This document shows, piece by piece, positions 63,787-64,000 of a DNA stretch of 64,000 nt; the stretch's first letter is position 1, and every line of letters starts with the position of its first letter. The translations under genes and the position numbers were made by a program. The stretch comes from an uncultured Actinomycetes bacterium (GTDB taxonomy: Bacteria > Actinomycetota > Thermoleophilia > Gaiellales > JAICJC01): positions 19,408 through 83,407 of the forward strand of contig CAVSFZ010000012.1 of the NCBI GenBank assembly GCA_963727235.1, in the 5' to 3' direction. The notes under the pieces are model-generated. The model was not told the origin of the DNA, did not search any database, and saw nothing but the letters and a program-made list of their open reading frames with translations.

Positions 63787-63813
63787 CTGGACACCTCAGG
63801 TTATGCACCGCAG

Positions 63814-63846
63814 GTGAATAACCAGTGCCTGGCAGTTTTTATGCAC
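63814..63846. repeat. degenerate 33-bp copy of the palindrome
   Basis: Sequence gtgaataaccagtgcc-t-ggcagtttttatgcac. It keeps the arm ends and the CCTGG centre, but the arms no longer pair fully. Confidence 0.7.
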
Positions 63847-63851
63847 CGCAG

Positions 63852-63874
63852 GTGAATAAAAAGTTGCCTGGCAC
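63852..63874. repeat. truncated copy (left arm plus centre only)
   Basis: Sequence gtgaataaaaagttgcc-t-ggcac. The right arm is replaced by unrelated sequence. Confidence 0.6.
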
Positions 63875-63914
63875 TCTCACGCCCAGGCACGACAAACAGC
63901 CTGATGGGTAGCGG

Positions 63915-63945
63915 GTGAATAACGGTGCCTGGCACCGTTATTCAT
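63915..63945. repeat. 31-bp palindrome, C/G subtype (last base C->T)
   Basis: Sequence gtgaataacggtgcc-t-ggcaccgttattcat. Confidence 0.9.
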
Positions 63946-64000
63946 GCTTGCGCCTCACGGACATCCACATCGGGTGTGACCGGAGTTACGGGACGGCCTT

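Noticed and set aside
63754-63945. Possible CRISPR array, because of the regularly spaced repeats at the right end.
   Set aside because: The repeats are degenerate copies of the dispersed palindrome. The spacing material is only about 5 nt and is itself repeated, so there are no unique spacers. No cas genes or leader are present in the window.

Overview
This is a very GC-rich, densely packed bacterial chromosomal segment. The left end shows actinobacterial-type housekeeping synteny on the minus strand: rpmE, DUF1385, prfA, prmC, tsaC, glyA, upp, wecA, atpZ/atpI-like, atpB. I call about 70 protein genes, many joined by 1-4 nt start/stop overlaps. I saw no rRNA, tRNA, transposase, integrase, CRISPR/cas or recognisable defence genes.

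Functional blocks:
- ETF-QO, etfBA, crotonase, hbd and thiolase (short-chain beta-oxidation).
- Scattered B12-related genes: a stand-alone mutase B12-binding domain, a PduO-type adenosyltransferase and MeaB.
- A complete, translationally coupled trpEGDCFBA operon.
- An OmpR/HisKA two-component pair.
- A liu-like leucine catabolic operon (MCC beta, hydratase, MCC alpha, HMG-CoA lyase).
- ppiB, trpB2, pepA and an acyl-CoA dehydrogenase.
- ilvA, ppa, hisC.
- A co-directional minus-strand array: M24 peptidase, ACAD, YfhO-like protein, cupredoxin, M48 peptidase, parA-like, ftsZ, ggt.
- Two tandem amidohydrolases.
- A moeZ-cysO-cysM-mec thiocarboxylate cysteine-synthesis operon.

Most notable observations:
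1. A family of 31-33 bp perfect palindromes occurs at 7 loci, always at gene 3' ends. The consensus is GTGAATAA..GGTGCC-W-GGCACC..TTATTCAC. The arms show compensatory covariation, and in-element stop codons terminate seven flanking CDSs. One copy also appears to supply the start codon of the next gene.
2. An unannotated trp leader peptide with three consecutive Trp codons is followed by a strong intrinsic terminator just upstream of trpE.
3. Six apparent indel frameshifts in five neighbouring genes (46.7-55.5 kb) mostly sit at G/C runs. These are probably assembly errors, but could be real decay.
4. The CysO carrier has a GG-AAR tail, and the MoeZ has an N-terminal rhodanese domain.

All functional calls rest on my own reading of the translations and on remembered family motifs. 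No database search was run.
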